Below are positions 11,679 through 23,600 of a stretch of 64,000 nt of DNA, piece by piece. Source of the stretch: Mytilus edulis (lineage: Eukaryota); the NCBI RefSeq assembly GCF_963676685.1, contig NC_092344.1:121272001-121336000 (forward strand), given 5' to 3'. The translations under genes and the position numbers were made by a program. Each line of letters starts with the position of its first letter. Within the stretch, counting starts at the first letter, position 1. The notes beneath the pieces were generated by a model. That model saw nothing but the letters and a program-made list of their open reading frames with translations. It was not told where the DNA came from and made no database searches.

Positions 11679-14600
11679 TTAATAATCTCCTATACTTGTC
11701 TGCATCATTCTTTTGTGTAGATCTAGTTTATGGTAAAACCTGAGAACTTCCGAATTAGCTTTCACACAACTTTTCTCAAAGTCCAATACTCGTAAACCTT
11801 CTAGACACTTGGCACGAGACAGTGCTACGTATGATTGTCCACATTCAAACACACGAGACAGAGATATTTCTACACAATCTAATGTCATTCCCTGCAAAAG
11901 AAAAAAAAAACTGTAGTTATACAAGAACTCAGAAAGTTTTCTATTTATTTTTTTAAAGAATAGTTCATTATCAAATATCAATATACAAGATATGTACCTG
12001 ATTATGAAAAACTGATGACTTACAAATTCTAAGACATTTTGTACAACAAAAAATGCAAACTTTGTAGAAGCTTTTGCAAATAGAACCAAACAATAAATGA
12101 CATTATAAAAGATACATGCATCTTCTTATTTTCTTATCCATTAAAATGTAAGGGCAATATTTTCAATTACCAAAAAATGGTGGTATTCTGATGATGATTA
12201 TTATTTTGTTGATTTTGGTTTCCATATTTTATGTGTTTTTAGGTATTTTTTTGGTTGATTGCTTATTACAATTTTGGAGGATTTCTAAGAACACCACTGA
12301 TAGTAATTACATGTGTATATAGCACATCAAATTATTTTCAGTTTCTTGAATGCTCCTTTTAGTGACCAATACTTACTTGACTTTTATGAATGGAGATGGC
12401 CCATGCTAATTTTAATGGAATCTGTTTCCTTGTAGATATATTTCCTCCACTGAACTTGAATGACCATCTTATAGGTTTAATTTCTTCCTCCATTCCACAT
12501 CTAAACTTCACAATGGGATAACCTGAAAATAATGTATAATATTAAACTAATGAGTCTAATCTGTCATATAACAAATGATATATATTATCAAAATTAATAT
12601 CTAAATGTGAGTTCAAAGAGTTTGTGTTTATGCAGAAGTGTTTTAGCTATGTGTTAACTGAGATATTTACCATGATGAATCTTTTGCTTATTATTTCGAA
12701 TTTCTCATATTTTGACAATGTCTTGATGCTTTGTCATGAGTTAGTCAACTAGATATGTTCCTGGCACTTTTTCATATGCTAGTTAACTAGCTATGTATTT
12801 GACACTTTGACATGTGTTAGTTAACTAGATATGTACCTGTCACTCAGTCATGTGCTAGATATATAGATATATACCTGTCATTCAGTCATGTGCTAGTTAG
12901 GCAAATAAAAAAGTATGTGTGGTTCCAATTACATCTTAAAAAAAATTAAGGGTAGGTAGGTAGGGATTTTTTTTTAATTTTATGTTTTATTTTTACATTG
13001 ACTCTATGTGAGCAACATTATGACTTTAACAGTGCTTAATGCCAAATGGCAAAAACAACTTTAGGGTAGGCTATTTTAGAAACTAAAAAGTAGGGTAGGT
13101 AGGGTAACTGGAACCACACATATTTTTATTTGGCCTTAACTAGATATGCAACTGACACACTTGTCATGTATTAGTTAACCCAATGTCTTGATGCTTTGTC
13201 ATGAGCTAGTCAACTTGATATGTTCCTGATACTTTGTCATATGCTAGTTAACTAGATATGAACCTGACACTCTGGCTCTGTCTTGAGCTAGTTAACAAGA
13301 TATATTACTGTCACTCCGTCATGTGTTAGTTAACTAGATATGTTCCTGACACTCTGTCATGTGCTAGTTAACTAGATATGTTCCTGACACTCTCTTCATG
13401 CTCAAGTTTACTAGATAAATTCATGACACTGTGTCATGTGCAAGTTTACTAGATAATTTTATATGTACTTGACTGTCTATCATGTACTAGAACTAATATT
13501 TTTACAGGTTACTGTAGAATTTAAAATTTATGCAAATCTTTAAAAGTAGAACCATGACTAAGAGGACCTGCCCATATAATCTCAATGGAAATGAAATGTG
13601 CCAATGCTAATACAACTGCTTAACAAATGCCATTGGATTATCATTAGTTGTTCCTCTTTAAGCTGACCAAATTACAAAATACAAAAACACCACCAAATCC
13701 CCAGAAACAGCACTTTTAAGTCACATCCATGACTTCATGGAGACAAGACAAATATTGAAGCTCCATTACTAATTTATCATTTAATTATGTTACTCGGTGA
13801 ATAGATGCACTCTATCTGGAGTCATCACACATCATATTCTGTTTCTGTCTTAGATGTAATCATCTATTTCATTTAACAAATTCAAAATTTAATATGCAAA
13901 AAAAAAAATATTGAAGGTTGTAAGGCTATTTTGACAGACACAAAATTATCCTACAGCCAGACATCACAAGAAAAATTAAAACAATTTCACTAAAAAAATA
14001 CACACAACTGGTTCTGTACTTGGTCAAACATGGCTTTTCCCTTGACCTAAATTTACATAATTCTTATCTTAAAGAACAAATTTTCTCATGACTTGTTAAG
14101 CCAGTTATCTTAACTAGGAACAGGAAACATCAGAATTGTACAACAAAACTGAATCCCTGCAATCAAATATTTACCTAAAGCAGTAAATGTTTACAGTTAA
14201 TGATAGTATCATCAGTATGTTAATTACAAGGTAAATATATTTCAATCTTGAAACAAAATAAGACACTTTACTGTTAGATATTATACCACATAGCCAATAC
14301 AGACAACGGATGGTAAATAACTTATTTCAACCACATGTCATGCTCTGAACCTTACTTGTATTTTAATCTTTGATCCTCCTTTAACACTCTAGATACTATT
14401 AAGATTTCTCATATTGTATACAAACCCAAGGCTACCATGACCTAATTGCATTACTCACCTGTTTTTTTACCTGGTAATTATGATATCACAGGTGAATGAA
14501 TTAAAACAATGTTTTTATAGATGCAGCATTGTCATCATTTTTCTGTTATGTATCAGAATGCAATTTATTTAAAAATGGAAGAAGACATATTACATTTGTA

Positions 14601-17600
14601 TTGATGTTATCTTTTTTTTTTACTTAGATTATATTAATTTAGATTTTGAGAGATGTTGCAGGATTAAAATAGTATCAAGGTTGACTTTCCTTTCCAATAT
14701 TCATGTAATGAGAGTTGCATAAAAGTGAAATGACATAAAATTTCAAAGAAAATGTTTAGGAGAGTTATGATTAATATTGTAATAATAAAGTACAACTCCT
14801 AGGGGAGAACCTGATCAACAAAAGGATAAAGATTTAAATCTAAGATAGACAAGAGTGCACATTCTGAAATGTCTCGCCTTCTTTACTAACCATTGATATT
14901 ATGTTGATAGTCCTAAATATAGAGTATCACATAAACTTAACATGATCGAAGAAAATAAGGTCAAGTTCATATAAACCAAACAAGAAATACAATGGTTCAA
15001 TACACTAAATATAATTGACCTGTTGCTTATAGTTTCTAAGAAACAAATTAACCAAGAAAACTGAACATTGACCAATGAACCATGAATTTGAGGTCAAGGT
15101 CATATAAACCATGCCAGACAGACATGTACAGCTTACAATCCTTCCATACAACAAATATAGTTGACCTATTGCTTAAAGTTAAAGAAAACAGACCAAAACA
15201 CAAAAATTTGTAAGGGTTCCGGGGAACTCAGTGTCTCGCCTACTTTTGCTGTTAATCGCAGGCTCAACAAAAATGAGAAAAAAAATTGATAAAAATATTC
15301 CTCTTGATACTATCTTTTGTTTGTAAGAAGCTTCAGTCCAAGTTTGGTAAAAATCAAGGATAGTTTATGAATCTGATAAATGTTTTAAAAACTTGAACTG
15401 CACTGTTTGTAATATTAATTGAAAAATAAAGTCCATTTATAAGTAAAATAGAACAACATTTTTACTAATTTTCCTTCTAGATACTAGCTTTTGATCATAA
15501 ACAAGCTTCTGTTCAATTTTGGTAGAAATCCAGGGTAGTTTAAGAAAGTTATTAAAATTTCAAAAACTCTAACCACAGAGTGAATATTTGTGGACGCTGC
15601 CACCGACGGAACGTAGGATCGCTATATCTTGCTTTTTCAACTAAAGCCGAAGGCACCACTAAAAGAGACCAAAACTCAAAAACTTAACTTTGACAATGAA
15701 AATGAGGCCAAAATCAGGGGACAACTGCCATGTACACCTTATAATCCTTCCATACATCAAATAAACTAGATCTATTGCTTATAGTATCTGAGATAGTGAC
15801 GATACTACCAAAACTTAACATTATTCACCGATCAATGAAATGAATGAAGTCAAGGTCAAGTGAAAACTGTTTGATGGACACGAGGACCATGCAAGGTATG
15901 CACATACCAAATAAAATTATCCTATTACTCATAATGAGAGAAAAATTAACATTACAAAAAAACTTCTTTTTTTTTTTCAAGTAGTCACTAAACCATGGAA
16001 ACTTCATTACATAATGCATCTATATACAAAGTATGAAACATCCACAAAAAAAAAGTGGATAATTATCTATCAAAGTTTCCTAGTGATCGCTTTCTAAAAT
16101 TTTTCCTTCCTCAGCTCATTACTGATGACCTTTGTTCTGCTTCACCATTGACCCAAACAGGAAGTTGCCTAAATGACTGGGTTTTTTTCCTGATTCGACT
16201 AAATAGCGATAAGCTGTATTACTGTTGCCAATAATTGCTACACTTCATTTGAAATTTAATGGATAGTTGTCTCATTGACAATCATATTACATCTCTCTGG
16301 TTCCATACAATCTGTCTGAGAAGCGGTTATAGTCCTGCATATAAAGTGCATGTTCCAATGATGCTCTTGATCAAACTTTGGAATGTATTCAATCCATTTT
16401 CAGACTAAGCAACAAAAAGCTTTGATCCATGTCAATGTTTTCAAAGTTTTAACATATTGCAAATAAAAGACATAAGGTAGAATCTTACAACCTTGGATAT
16501 ATACAGTATCTATTGTAATTATTAAACTTTCCTTCAATATTACAAAGTTATAATCAGAATAACTCTAATTCTCAATTGTTTCAAATATATGTAATTTAAC
16601 GGTACCCAAATTGCACCAAGTACCCAAATTGCAACTATTTAGCAAAAATTGCAGCAGGAATTGTACAAGATTTCCTAGAGACTAAACAATTTGTATCTTT
16701 ATGATTTGATACTATACACGTCTTTCAACATAGGTAGAAATATTTAGATATACACAAAACGTTCACAGTATTTATCAACAGATAGAGTGTTTACTGAAAA
16801 AGCAAAATGTCATTTTTTTTAAATTAGCAAATTCAATATGTGACAAGTATCCATTCCTTAAAAAATGAAGAGTAAACATGGACTAATATCCAATTGTTCA
16901 AAATATTTGAAGAAATTAAACAAAAGCTCCTGTTAATCGACCTTTGACGACCCGAATTTAAGCATGGATGAAATTTGGGTACTCCTCATTACAGAACCAT
17001 TGATGGTTTGGAGGTCAGTTCAGACCAATTTTTCTATGATTCCATATGGATTCAAAATTAAATTGGTGAAACCATAGAGTAAATAAATGATACATCTACA
17101 AAATAAACACATAATGAAAACTTTTTTCTAAAGCATGAATAAATGTAGGTTAAAAAAATGTCAAAATATGTACAATTTGGGTACCCCTGCTTTAAAAAAA
17201 CATACAACATGTTTTCATTGGCTACTGTATTTTCACAAATCAAACATACCATCATTATCTTTCTGATATCCTATAACGATTCCTCTAGCTCCATTTACAA
17301 GTCCTTTCTGTACATCTAAATTTTTTGTTAACATAACCTGAAAACAAAACTAAATGTGTGGGAATGAAATGAAAAGCCCCTTATCACAATGAAGAAAAGA
17401 TTGATCTGTAACTTTGTAGAAGACTCACATACTAAAAAAAAGGGTCAATATGTGAAGGAGTTAGGAAACAAGAATGTGTCCTAAGTACACGGATGCCCCA
17501 CTCACACCATCATTTTCCATGTTCCATGGACTGTGAAATTGGGTAAAAAATCTAATTTGGCATTAAAATTAGAAAGATCATACCATATAGGGAACATGTG

Positions 17601-20600
17601 TACTAAGTTTCTAGTTGTTTGGTCTTCAATTTCATCAAAAACTACCTTGACCAAAAACTTTAACCTGAAACTCCCACTTTCATTTTCTATGTTCAGTGGA
17701 CCATGAAATTGGGGTCAAAAGTCTAATTTGGCTTTAAAATTAGAAAGATCATATCATAAGCAACAAGTGTACTAAGTTTCAAGTTGATTGGACTTCAGCT
17801 TCATTAAAAAACTACCTTGACTAAAAACTTTAACCTGAAATGGGGCAATCGGACGCACAGACGAACGAATGGATGGACGAACAGAGGCACAGACCAGAAA
17901 ACATAATGCCCCTCTACTATCGTAGGTGGGGCATAAAAAAGTCTATATATGTAATGTAAGGAAATAACACTTTTTTGTCATATATTAATTAAATAAAACT
18001 TATATTGGATTTGCTACATTAACTCTATGTTGATTCATGGGTCTAGCAACCTTCTTTAAATGTTAGAAGCTGGTCATGATTGACTGTAACTCCTTTTTTA
18101 GCACAGCTGAAGTTTCTATACTGTAATGGTATAATTTAGTCTAAAGGGAGATAATCAAAATTTTTAATTTTGAAAAAGTACCATTTCAACCCAAACATAC
18201 ACAAATTACCTGTGATAGCCCAGGTCATTTTACATTAAATGTTTACCTGTGCTCCAATCTTTAGATTTAGTTTGTCTGGTACTGGACACATGCCATTTAT
18301 CTGTTGTGTATAAACAGAATCACTATCTGTAGATGTAAACAACTTAGATTCTCCTACAAAGAGGTAAAAAAGTTTACCATTTCAATAAGCTATCAAATAA
18401 ACTCATCATAAATACCAGGATTGAAAGTTTATATTTGCACCAGAGGAATGTTTTGTCTACAAAAGACTCAGTGACTTAAAAAAGCCAAATAAAGTATGAA
18501 ACTTTTACTTACATTTTCTTTTCAAATTAAGTCATACATTAAATTATTACATTAGAATAAAAAATTTGTAAGGGTTCTGCGGAACCCAGTGTCTCGCCTA
18601 CTTTTGCTGTAAATCGCAGGTTCGACAAAAATGAGGAAAAAAATCAATAAAAATATTCCTCTTGATACTATCTTATGATTGTAAGAAGCTTCTGTCCAAG
18701 TTTGGTAAAAATTTAGGATAGTTAATGAATCTAATAAATGTTTTGAAAACTTTAACTGCGGACTTTATGTAATGTTAACTGGAAGAAAATCTAAGTCCAT
18801 TTAAAAGTAAAATACAGAAAAATATGGAGTTATCTTTTTACAAAATTTACTTCTGGATACTATCTTATGATCATAAATAAGCTTCTGTCCAAGTTTGGTA
18901 CAAACCAAGGATAGTTTAAGAAAGTTATTAAAATTTAAAAAACTTTAACCACAGAGGGAATGTAATGTTTCCCCACAGAAAAACTAAGTCTATTTAAAAG
19001 TAAAATACAGAAAAAATGGATTTATTTTTTTACAAAATTTACTTCTGGATACTATCTTATGATCATAAACAAGCTTTTGTCTAAGTTTGGTACAAACCAA
19101 GGATAGTTAAAGAAAGTTATTAAAACTTTAAAAACTTTAACCACAGAGTGAATGTAATGTTTCCCCGCAGAAATAACTAAGTCCATTTATAAGTAAAATA
19201 CGGAAAAAATGGATTTATTTTTTTACAAAATTTACTTCTGGATACTATCTTATGATCATAAACAAGCTTTTGTCCAAGTTTGGTACAAACCAAGGATAGT
19301 TTAAGAAAGTTATTAAAACTTTAAAAACTTTAACCACAGAGTGAATGTAATGTTTCCCCGCAGAAATAACTAAGTCCATTTATAAGTTAAATACGGAAAA
19401 AATGGAAAATTATTTTTACAAAATTTACATCTGGATACTATCATATGATCATAAACAAGCTTCTATCCAAGTTTGGTAGAAATCCAGTATAGTTTAAGAA
19501 AGTTATTAAAATTTCAAAAACTTTAACCACAGAGTGAATATTGTGGATGCCGCCGACGACGATGGAATGTAGGATCGCTTAGTCTCGCTTTTTCGACTAA
19601 AGTCAAAGGCTCAACAAAAAGCTGTATGATTTAATAAGTTACTGTATGTTCATCTGTTTTCTATTAGTAAAACAAAGGAGGAGGTGTGCTTAGATACATT
19701 TTGATCCAAAAACTATGTAAAAAAATAACCAAAATCTATTCTGGAAAACATGGAGAAGGACCTCTTTTCTGATGTTAGAACTGCATTTTATTTTTTCATT
19801 TAGCATAACCTAAACTTATAGAAACAAATGTTTACAATTTATGACAAAAATAAGCAAAGACCCATTGAAACAACATCTGATAAACAAATTAAATAATACT
19901 TTTAGATATTTGGATGATATTTTTGCTCTCAATAATGATGACTTCAGTATGTATCTTGATATCTATATCACTAATGGAAAGCTGAATACTAAAATTTATG
20001 ATAAAAGAGATGATTTTTCATTTCCTATCGTTAATTATCCGTTTTTAGATGGTGACGTTCCCTTGTCACCATCTTACGGTGTTTATATATCTCAACTTGT
20101 ATGATTCGCTCGTGTATGTAACAATGTTTTAGATTTTAACAAGAGAAATTTATGTATTACTGAAAAATTATTACACCAGGGTTTTCGATATCACAAACTA
20201 GTCAAAACATTAACTAAATTTTATCATCGGTATAAGGACATCATTCGTAAATATAGCTCAACATGCAGACTTCTTATACGTTCAGGTATTTCACATCCAA
20301 TTTTTTATGGAAATATTCTTTATAAAGCACAAAGGTGTCAGTATTCACCTCAAAGACTACCAAAACCTTTGAATAGACTAATTAAGAAGGGATATAGTTA
20401 CGATACTGTTGTCAGGTCATTAAAGATTGCATATTTTGGCGTTAATATAATTGATTCACTTATAGGGTCTTTTCATCAGAACTAAACACATTTATTCAAA
20501 AACCAGTTGTTGGAATGACACGGGTTATGTTCTTCTCATATATGTTATGATGGTATGATACTAAACCCCTAACGGGAAGGATTGTGCCTGATGTTCATAT

Positions 20601-23600
20601 GATGAAATCATAATCTTTCAGTCAGTTTAATTGAAGTCTGGAGCTGGCATGTCAGTTAACTGCTAGTAGTCTGTTGTTATTTATGTATTACTGTCATTTT
20701 GTTTAGGCTTAAATTAAAATATTGTTTGTTTGCAGTTTACCGACCGAACCTTGAAAATCCTCCCGACTGTGAAAATTTTATTGCTTTAAATTTGAAGAAA
20801 TTTTTTTTTTAATACATCTATTGACGCGATCCGGAACTTTGGGTCCTTTCCAGAAATGATTTAAAGTCTGGGTCAATTACGCATTTCAAGTTCGGTTTTT
20901 CTTAGCTTCCCGTCAAGCGTTCATGTGACCATTTAATGATAAAGCACATGGAAATTGTTTACAGGTATCCATGAAGTCACGGAGGAGTACTTTACGCTGT
21001 CGTCTCGTGTCAATTTTAAGACAAATAACAAACAAAAGTTTATTATAGTAAACTGTTTATACAGATTCAGGCACATGTAATGATGTGTGATGATATCATT
21101 GACGATGATGCAGCGGATATTCATAACTGACACGATAACCATTCTGTCTCAAACAAATCGGTATAGAATCTGTGGAGCCTGACTTTATGGAACCAATTTC
21201 TACAAATCGTTGTGAAGACGACAAAGATGAAACCACTCCTCCGTGACTTAAATCTTCATGGATATCTGTAAACACCCCTGTACGGAGGAAGGGCTCATTT
21301 GAAATGTTAATGGATATAGATCATGCCAAATCAATAAGAAGCAACCCTAACTACACAAAGATGTAGAGAAAATGAATGGTTAGCTTGAAAAATAAATATA
21401 CTCTCTATATTAAATCTATCTTCGATTGCAATGAGTATGCTTCTTTAGGATAAGGGGGGCTGCCCCACTAATTGCAATTATTCTCTTTCTTACAATATTA
21501 AATGTACCCAAACTGTGTGGCCTGTGTGATTTCAATTAAAACATGTCCTCAGGAGCTATGCTGCAAATTTTTTTTATGCATTAAAAACATTTCAGTACAG
21601 ACCATTTACTTTTAATGGGGTGCTATGGATTTCACCCCAAACTTTAGATTTCTTTGGTTTTCATTAAAGCCTGGCAAAAATATAACCTTATCACATATAA
21701 TTAAATATTGATAGAAATATGAAAACAGTCGAATGTCTTAATACTTTTTTTTCAAGTTGCCTTTTTTTCAATTGGGGAAGATTCAATGGTTATTTTTTTT
21801 TATTAAAAATACACTCTTTAATACATTGTCTTATAAATCTTTAATATCTACATTTTTCTGATGAAAATACTCATGAAAACATTCTCATATTCTAGTCAAG
21901 AAGCATACATGTCTGAATATATTTCTTTAAAACAGTTGAGTTCTAGTCATAATAACATTCCTTGTTTATAAGTGTTCCAGTATTTAATAATTATACCATA
22001 TTTTATGTCATAAATTGGATAATGACACTATGTTAAAGTTTCAGTTTTGGTTAAAAAGTTTTTTATCTGAAAATGCCTGTTCATTTGATGTTGGTTTTCA
22101 GCATGTCCAGTGTTTGTTGTTTTAAAATGTTTTTTTTTCTTCACAAGAAACTTGGTTTAGTGTACATGTAATTGCTTGTTTAAACTATTTTGGCTGATAA
22201 AATAAAATATTTTTCCTACCTACCGACCCTTCAGTCTGAAGGTACAGTCGGAAAACTGCAAACAAACATATTTTTAAGGTTGGCCTTATTTTCTTTGGTT
22301 ACATCTTCTGATATCAGACTCGGACTTCTCTTGAACTGAATTTTAATGTGCGTATTGTTATGCGTTTACTTTTCTACATTGGTTAGAGGTATAGGGGGAG
22401 GGTTGAGATCTCACAAACATGATTAACCCCGCAGCATTTTTGCGCCTGTCCCAAGTCAGGAGCCTCTGGCCTTTGTTAGTCTTGTATTATTTTAATTTTA
22501 GTTTCTTGTGTACAATTTGGAAATTAGTATGGTATTCATTATCACTGGACTAGTATATATTTGTTTAGGGGCCAGCTGAAGGACGCCTCCGGATGCGGGA
22601 ATTTCTCGATACATTGAAGACCTGTTGGTGACCCTCTGCTGTTGTTTTTTATTTGGTCGGGTTGTTGTCTCTTTGACACATTCCCCATTTCCATTCTCAA
22701 TTTTATATTAAAGAAATTTATCCTGTTGAACTTACTTTAAATAAAGCTAATACTAACAATGACCACTGCCCTTTCCTCGATCTTGATATCTATATCACTA
22801 ACGGAAAGCTGAATACTAAAATTTATGATAAAAGAGATGATTTTTCATTTCCTATCGTTAATTATCCATTTTTAGATGGTGACGTTCCCTTGTCACCATC
22901 TTACGGTGTTTATATATCTCAACTTGTACGATTCGCTCGTGTATGTAACAATGTTTTAGATTTTAACAAGAGAAATTTATGTATTACTGAAAAATTATTA
23001 CACCAGGGTTTTCGATATCACAAACTAGTCAAAACATTTACTAAATTTTATCATCGGTATAAGGACATCATTCGTAAATATAGCTCAACATGCAGACTTC
23101 TTATACGTTCAGGTATTTCACATCCAATTTTTTATGGAAATATTCTTTATAAAGCACAAAGGTGTCAGTATTCACCTCAAAAACTAACAAAACCTTTGAA
23201 TAGACTAATTAAGAAGGGATATAGTTACGATACTGTTGTCAGGTCATTAAAGATTGCATATTTTGGCGTTAATATTGATTCACTTATAGGGTCTTTTCAT
23301 CGGAACTAAACACATTTATTCAAAAACCAGTTGTTGGAATGATACGGGTTAAGTTCTTCTCATATATGTTATGATGGTATGATACTAAACCCCTAACGGG
23401 AAGGATTGTGCCTGATGTTCATATGGTAAAATCATAATCTTTCAGTCAGTTTAATTGAAGTCTGGAGCTGGCATGTCAGTTAACTGCTAGTAGTCTGTTG
23501 TTATTTATGTATTATTGTCATTTTGTTTATTTTCTTTGGTTACATCTTCTGACATCAGACTCAGACTTCTCTTGAACTGAATTTTAATGTGCGTATTGTT

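Noticed and set aside
18206-18251. Second TTACCTGTG near the PIF1 donor at 18247
   Set aside because: Only a 9-bp match, too short to call a duplication.
20102-20104. In-frame TGA upstream of the SECIS as a Sec codon
   Set aside because: The second copy has CGA (the Arg of SQLVRF), so this is CpG decay rather than a Cys/Sec position.
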